Source of the DNA: the human T2T-CHM13v2.0 reference genome, Homo sapiens
NCBI RefSeq assembly: GCF_009914755.1
Contig: NC_060946.1
Length of the DNA stretch: 64,000 nt
Reading direction: 5' to 3' (one strand)
Notes under the pieces: generated by a model
What the model saw: only the letters and a program-made list of their open reading frames with translations
Told to the model about the DNA's origin: nothing
The model's database searches: none
In this document: positions 57,737 to 64,000 of the stretch, in pieces
How the letters are laid out: every line of letters begins with the position of its first letter
How positions within the stretch are numbered: position 1 is the first letter of the stretch
Position numbers and translations under genes: made by a program

Positions 57737-60499
57737 GTAAAGCCATGGCCTCTCCTGCGCAAAGAACTGCGTGGTCCCTTTTCCTGGAGTAGGAGGCTGT
57801 GGCTACAGCATTTTCATCTGGAAGGAGGCCTAGGAAATGATGTTTCTGTGGCCTTCCTACCCCCTCTCCCTCACCCTGGTGACTCTCAGTTGGGGAGGGC
57901 TGCCGGGCAGTGTTCTGGGGGCAGGGAGGTGGTGGGAGAATCTGGAGAGCTGGAGAGAGTGAGGTGGTGAGGTGGGCCTGGCGTGTTCAAGGCAGAGAAG
58001 GAAGGAACGAGGGAACTGGCTGGAGAGACTTGGAGGGCTCCTCAGAGATGAGGCTGAGTGGGAGTGAAGGTTTCGTCAAGGTTACGAAAGGCCTTTGAGT
58101 TCAAGCTGAGGCCTTTGGACTTGGCCCCTCGCTCGCTTTGCCAGGAGACAGGCGGCTCCTTGCCTGAGCCTCTGTGCTTGCGCTCCTCTCCCCAGCCCCA
58201 GGTCTGCAGAGTGTGTGGCTGCTGCACCCTCAGGTGTTTGCTCATCTCCTCACAGGTCTTTCCTGCCCCCTACCTGTTAAAAGTCGGACCCCACCACGCC
58301 CCCCACCTCTCTGTCCCTGCTCTTTGGGCCCTTCCTTTTCCCCAGGTTGGGCTCTTGCCTTTTTCTCTGTTCCTTCACTGCCACAGGTCAGACTGTCTTC
58401 ATATGCATGCATTTACAGGCACATTTGTGGTTGGTTTTGTCTGCTCTGCTCTTCGCAACCCTAGAATGTAAGTACAAGGAGGATAGGCAGGGACCATTTG
58501 TCTCTTCACCATTCTGGTGCTGGGAACAGCATAGCATGGTGGTGGAGTGGTCTCACTGAGTGAGCTGGTGAGCATGGGCTGTCTTGAGGTGCCGGCTGTG
58601 TTAGGCTCTTACCCCCACCTCCCCCAGTGTCTTCCAGGCCCCCTTCTTATCTAAGGCTGCTACGTGTTATTGGAGAAAATTATAATACCTGACTTGTGAG
58701 TTCCATTCCAGAATTCGGCCAGCCAGTTTCTCCCCGGCCTCTCCGGCAGCCTCTCTGCTTCTCCCTGATCCTGCAGCGTGTGCTTGAAATCCTTCCTCAC
58801 GGTGCACACTCATCTTCAATACTGCAGCATCTGACCCTGACTTCATACGCTTGCTTGCTAAGTCCACATTCTCTGCAGGAATCATCTTCTCCCTCCCCCA
58901 TCGCAGGGGAGTTCCCTCTCTGCAGGGTTAGATCCACCGCTACCCCCCAGCCCCCACCCCCACTCCCACTCAGGCAAGCCTTGTTGCCCCAGGCCCAGAC
59001 CTCTCAGATTCCCTCCTGTCACACTGCCTTCCTGCTCAGCATTACCAGGGCTCCTGGTAAGTTTCCGTGGAAGGGTTTCCCTTAGCAAGGCTTCTGTTCT
59101 ATAAAATGTTTACAACTCCCCTCCCTTCCCCATGAGTTTGAGTCTCAACTCTCAAAAGACATCTCCCTTGCGTCTGGCTAATCCGGGTTTGTTTGGCCTC
59201 ATCCTTTCAGACTTCAGAATCCAACTCGCTCTTCATGAGCCTTTGTCTTTTACCAGTGGTAGTTTCGTTGACTTTTTACCCCATCATCCTTTGTGGGTAG
59301 ATTGAAGCTAAGATAGAGTTTTCTCTTTTTTGGTATCAAACCCTTGCATGCTTTGGTGAAGTGGAGCAAAGCAAAATTTGAACACCCAAAGAATTTATTC
59401 AGAACGGTGTAAAATGAGACTCTCTGGATGGAACAAATAACAACATTCGTAAACCACATGTATATTTAGTAAGCTGCGGAGTTATTGGAAATTCACAGGC
59501 GCTTCTGCTCCACACACATTCTGTTGAATTCTCAGCATCAGACAGCTAGGATGTCAGTGCTGTCTGCTAGTGTCCTTGTGACTGTGGGGACATTTGTCTG
59601 TTTTAAATTGTTGTGAGGTTTTTATTCTGAACCTTTTCACATCTTCAGTATATGCTCTTCATTTTTCAATCAGTTAATTCCCAACAGTCATTGTCACCAG
59701 TAATCTTATATTTTACAGTTTAAAGGATTATATGATAAACTTTCCATTTTATAAATGGTAAAAATCCCTTTCAGGATTTCTGGTGAAGCACGTTTGAAGA
59801 AACATACTGGTTGGAAAGCAGCGTGAAGTATGCCCCTGTGGAAACACTACCGGGAGCCAAGGAGATTGCCCTCTCATCGCGGGGCCAGTCCTAGAAGCCA
59901 CTTCTTCCCCAAGGCAATGGCAGGAGGAAAGATTTGACTTAGTGTGGGGATGATAAAGATCAGGAGGTTGCAGCACATCATCATAGGAAGATACAGAGAG
60001 GCTGTGAGGAGCAAGACAAGTCTGAAAGCCACCAAGAGGGAGACAGTACTAGGGAGACTTGGCAGGGTTTGTAGTAAAGCGAAACTTTGCCAGTCATTAG
60101 AAATTAGTTTAGAGGCATTAAAATGCTGCCCAAATCTTGGAAGATAAACTTGTGCTCTGGTGAATTATTCCTCTCTCTCTCCCTAATTCCTAATTGCAAG
60201 AAGTTGCTCTAGAATCAGCTGGGACTGAGGGGTTGATTGTGGTGGATTTGCTCCCCTCCTCCACCTGCACCTTGGCATTACCTAAGTTCCCCCTTATTGG
60301 GTGCTCATATCTTTAGTGCAAATATTTTAAAAGCCCCTCCATGTCATAAATCACTCCTCAAATATAAAGTACTTCCTGAAAATTGCAAATCTTACTCTTG
60401 CTGTTCAAAATATTGGTTGTTCTCATGAAGACCCTACTGAGATGGAAGCAGCCTACCTGAAAATTGTCCCTATTCGTACCATGTGCTTAGGTAAAAAGA

Positions 60500-63400
60500 C
60501 TCAATTTCATTCAGATGGCATTTCTCCTTACATTAATTTACAAATTTAATATGATCCCAGTAATACCCTCAGGTTTTTTTTGAGCTAGATTGATTCTAAA
60601 TTTATTTAGATAAATAAATGAGCAGTAATAGCCAGGAAATTCCCTGAAAAAGAAAAATAACAGCTAGTTCTACCAGATACTAAAAATGTTATACAGCTTC
60701 CACTGTTCGAAACAACCTGGCATTGGCACGTGAAGGGGCTGACAGGCTAATGGGGCACAGTAGAAAAATGCAGAAATAGATTCAAATGTTTTTGGAAATG
60801 TAGTGTATGATAAAGCTGGCATCTCAGATCACTGGGAGGAAAAGAAGGAATATTTAATAAAAAGTATGGGGACAAGGATATCCGCTACCTTTAGATCAGG
60901 GGTTCCCCAATCCCTGGTCCGTGGACTGGTACTGGTCCATGGCCTGTTAGGAACCAGGCCACACAGCTGAGCTCTGCCTCTAGTCAGGTCAGAGGTGGCA
61001 TTAGAGTCTCACAGGAGCGTGAATACTGTTGTGAACTGTGCATGCGAGGGATCTAGGTTGCAAGCTGTCTATGAGAATCTAATGCCTAATGATCTGAGGT
61101 GGAACAGTTTCATCCTGAAGTCTTCCCCGCAACCCCTCTTCCCCCGAGTCTGTGGAAAAATTGCCTTCCATGAAATCAGTCCCTGGTGCCAAAAAGGTTG
61201 GGAACTCCTCCTTTAGATAAAACTGGATACATCCCTTATAACATAGACATCAGTTTGAATAAACTGTAAATGGCACAGGTGTAAATGTAACAGCACCTGA
61301 ACCCATGCAAGTATTAGGAGAAAACATGAATGAGTTCCGTTATATAACCTCCGAGTCTGGAAGCAATAAGAGAAAAGGTTGATAAATTTAAGTACATTTT
61401 TAAAAAGTTGGATGACAAGAAGCAAATAAGCACATAAAATGATAAAGAAAAAATAGTGGAAAAGATTTGCAACTTAAATCACAAACAGAAAGCCTAATAT
61501 CCATAATACAAAGAGTTTCCAAAAATAAAGGAAAAAACCAATAGCCCTACAGAAAAATGGATAAAAGATATGAATAGACAGTTTACAGAAAAACGCAAAG
61601 GTGAAACAGTGCTCAACTTTGCTCATAAAAAGAAAAATGCACATTAAACTACTCACTGAGATACCATTTTTCACCTGTGTGATATCAAATGTAGTTGGCA
61701 AGACCATAGGGCAACAAATATTCTCTTGCTGTGGTGGAAATGCAAAATGGAGCCGTCTTCGTAGATAGGAATTTGGTAGTTCTGGTAAAATTCATATGCA
61801 TTTGCTTTTTGACTCAGCAGTCTTGCTTTTACGACTCTATACTAGAAACTAGTTCAAGACCATTAATTGCAACATTATTTCTTATTCCAAGGAGTTAGAA
61901 ACAAACCAGGTGTCCATCAGGAGGGGATTTCTGGTATGTCCATGTAATGAAATACAATGCATTGTAAAAATGAATGAAGTAGACCTGTATATATTCTGCA
62001 GAGTGATCTGAGTGATGTATTATTATGTGGAAATAGCAATCGCAAAACATTTTTATAGTATACTATATCTTTTATGTAATACAGAGGGAGAAATATGAAT
62101 ATATGTACATATTCATATATTTATATACACATATGTATATAAATATACATACACACACACACACACACCACACATTTTTTCTATATAATTTAAAAAAGAA
62201 ACCATGGAAGAATAAACTAAAAACTCATTTTAAACATGGTTAGCTTTAAGAGGAGAGGCCAGGGTGGAATAGACAGGGATAGAAACTAAAATTCTTTGAG
62301 TGTGCCTGTTTTATAGAATTACTTTGAAATCAGGTATATGTTTTACTTAATTAAAAATTAAAAAGGAAATACAAATACAATCTCTTGAAAGAAAGAAAAA
62401 AAAGGGAGAGGGTTGGAGGAAGGAAGAAGGAGAAAAGGAAGGAAGGAATCTATGTATATCTCACAGAGAGGATATTTGAACTGATTTTAAAACATCGTAT
62501 TTTGACAATGTAATTCTAGTGGGGTATAGCCTAGGAACAGAAGAGCCACAGAGAAATTATAAACTGCATTCTGTTAGTAGCAACGTTGGTATTGTTACTC
62601 TGAAATACTTACACTGTGTGTATGTGTACACACTGTTTTATATGTGTGTGCTACATACTTTATTTTAGAATAGAGAAAACTGATTATGTTAAAGCTGTTA
62701 GACAGCAAGAATTTCAGCATAATAGAGATACAAAGATAAAAGCAAAGAGGTGAAGTTTAAAACCCTTAAAGTTTGAGTTGGAAATAGCAGTATGAAATCA
62801 TGGTTAGTATTTTTCTTTCCAGAAAGTGCCTATTTCCTACCCTTATTCACTGAAAAGAACTAAAATCGTTGAGCCCTGGTATCATCCAAATTGTGCTTTC
62901 TTAATACCATTTTTCTCTATAAGGAACCAGGGCTCCTTGGGGATATGGCTGGTTTTAGGTGGGGCAGGAAATGGGGAAGGTGGACCTCGGACATATAGAT
63001 GTACAAGAAAGTTGCCAAAGTCCCCCTGCAGCTATGTCACAAGGACACAAGACCCTTAAAGTGTTGTCCATTGTCCAAAGCAGGGATGGTTTGAGGATGA
63101 AAAAAAAAAATGCAGTGGATTGAAACACATAGAAAACACAACTGGTTTGTGTAAAAAACACAAAAATCCCATAGTTCGTAATGATGCTAAGAATGTATGC
63201 AGTAAGTATAATACCACGTGTGAAGTTTTCTTGCTAAAACAAATTAATTGCAACCAAATCAAACCTCTAGATCTAACTGTCAGTTTAGAGAAAATACAGG
63301 CATGAGAGAGAAGGGCATGTTAAAGAAAACGTAGTCACCAAATCCAGAGGGCATTAAAAAGAATTTACAAGACAAACAGCCAGCTTGCTCAGTGACAGAT

Positions 63401-63880
63401 GGCTTGAAAGGAGTGGGGAGGAACATACCTTTACAGATTAAAACTATTTAGGAGGCACAGCAAGCAGATGCTCTGTGTTGACTTTGTTGGAGTGCTGATT
63501 TGAACAAACCAGTTGTAAAGGACATTTTTGAGATGTTCATGGAGAGATGTCCATGGATATTTGAACGTGGACTGGCTCTTAGGTAATATTAAGAAATTGT
63601 AATTAATCTTTCTAGGCAAAACAATGGCAATCTGGTTATTTTTGTTAAGGTGCTGTCTGTTAGAAATACCAAGGTATTAGCTGGTGAAATGAGTTGCTGA
63701 GATTTATTTTAAATACTCTTGGTGGGAAAAAGTGTGGGAAGAAGACAGATGAAACAAGTTGACAACATGGTGGTTTCTGAAGCCGAATGTTGGGTGTGTG
63801 AGTATGTATTATACCTCCCTCTCTCTGTACTTTGTGGTGTGTTTGGAAATTTTCATTTAAAAAAATGGTTAAAAATTTTT
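60500..63880 (+). mobile_element. Old L1 (L1MC/ME-type) ORF2 end and 3' UTR
   Basis: A-rich sense L1 (aaatttaatatgatcccagtaa; aaagatatgaatagacagtttacaga; gaaccagggctccttgg; aatcaaacctctagatctaact). Confidence 0.75.
60897..61210 (+). mobile_element. MER1B inserted in L1
   Basis: caggggttcccc...ccctggtgccaaaaaggttggg; perfect 8-bp TSD CTTTAGAT at 60889-60896 and 61211-61218. Confidence 0.92.
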
Positions 63881-64000
63881 AAAGAGTTGTTATTGTTGTT
63901 GACCCGAGGTTGAGAGCTCTTGGTGGGTAGGGGACTCATCATGGAATCTGAAAGGCAGCTTTATCAAAAGAGTAACGTGTGCAGATGGGCGCCGTTCATC

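Noticed and set aside
57089-59088. Cluster of 130-190 aa ORFs on both strands
   Set aside because: GC-rich low-information translations overlapping in several frames, partly within MER5A, with no recognisable homology.

Overview
Primate, almost certainly human, genomic DNA from the middle of ATXN10 (ataxin-10, the SCA10 gene), transcribed on the + strand. Four coding exons with canonical AG/GT ends (13168-13248, 24190-24355, 33498-33606, 35136-35305; exons 6-9 by recalled numbering) join in frame into ataxin-10 sequence FLIITDLFLK...YKNKDNQDK. Intron 9 contains the MIR4762 hairpin (55238-55312). The SCA10 ATTCT repeat and exon 10 are not in the window. The rest is intronic: about 28 Alus, an antisense ~5 kb L1PB-like element, older L1/L2/MIR pieces, MER1B/MER30/MER58A/MER63/MER5A DNA transposons, MaLR LTRs and microsatellites. 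Almost all ORF-track entries are repeat-derived or chance ORFs. I see no convincing new multi-gene system. The best leads are: a (GGGGTT)5(GGGGCT)6 G-quadruplex/dipeptide-type repeat in intron 9; predicted >360-degree ORFs on back-spliced exon 6-9 and 7-9 circles; three small hairpins with template-switch architecture; a CA/UG fold-back just downstream of exon 9; and two candidate cryptic exons. Repeat subfamily calls and boundaries were made by eye and are approximate.
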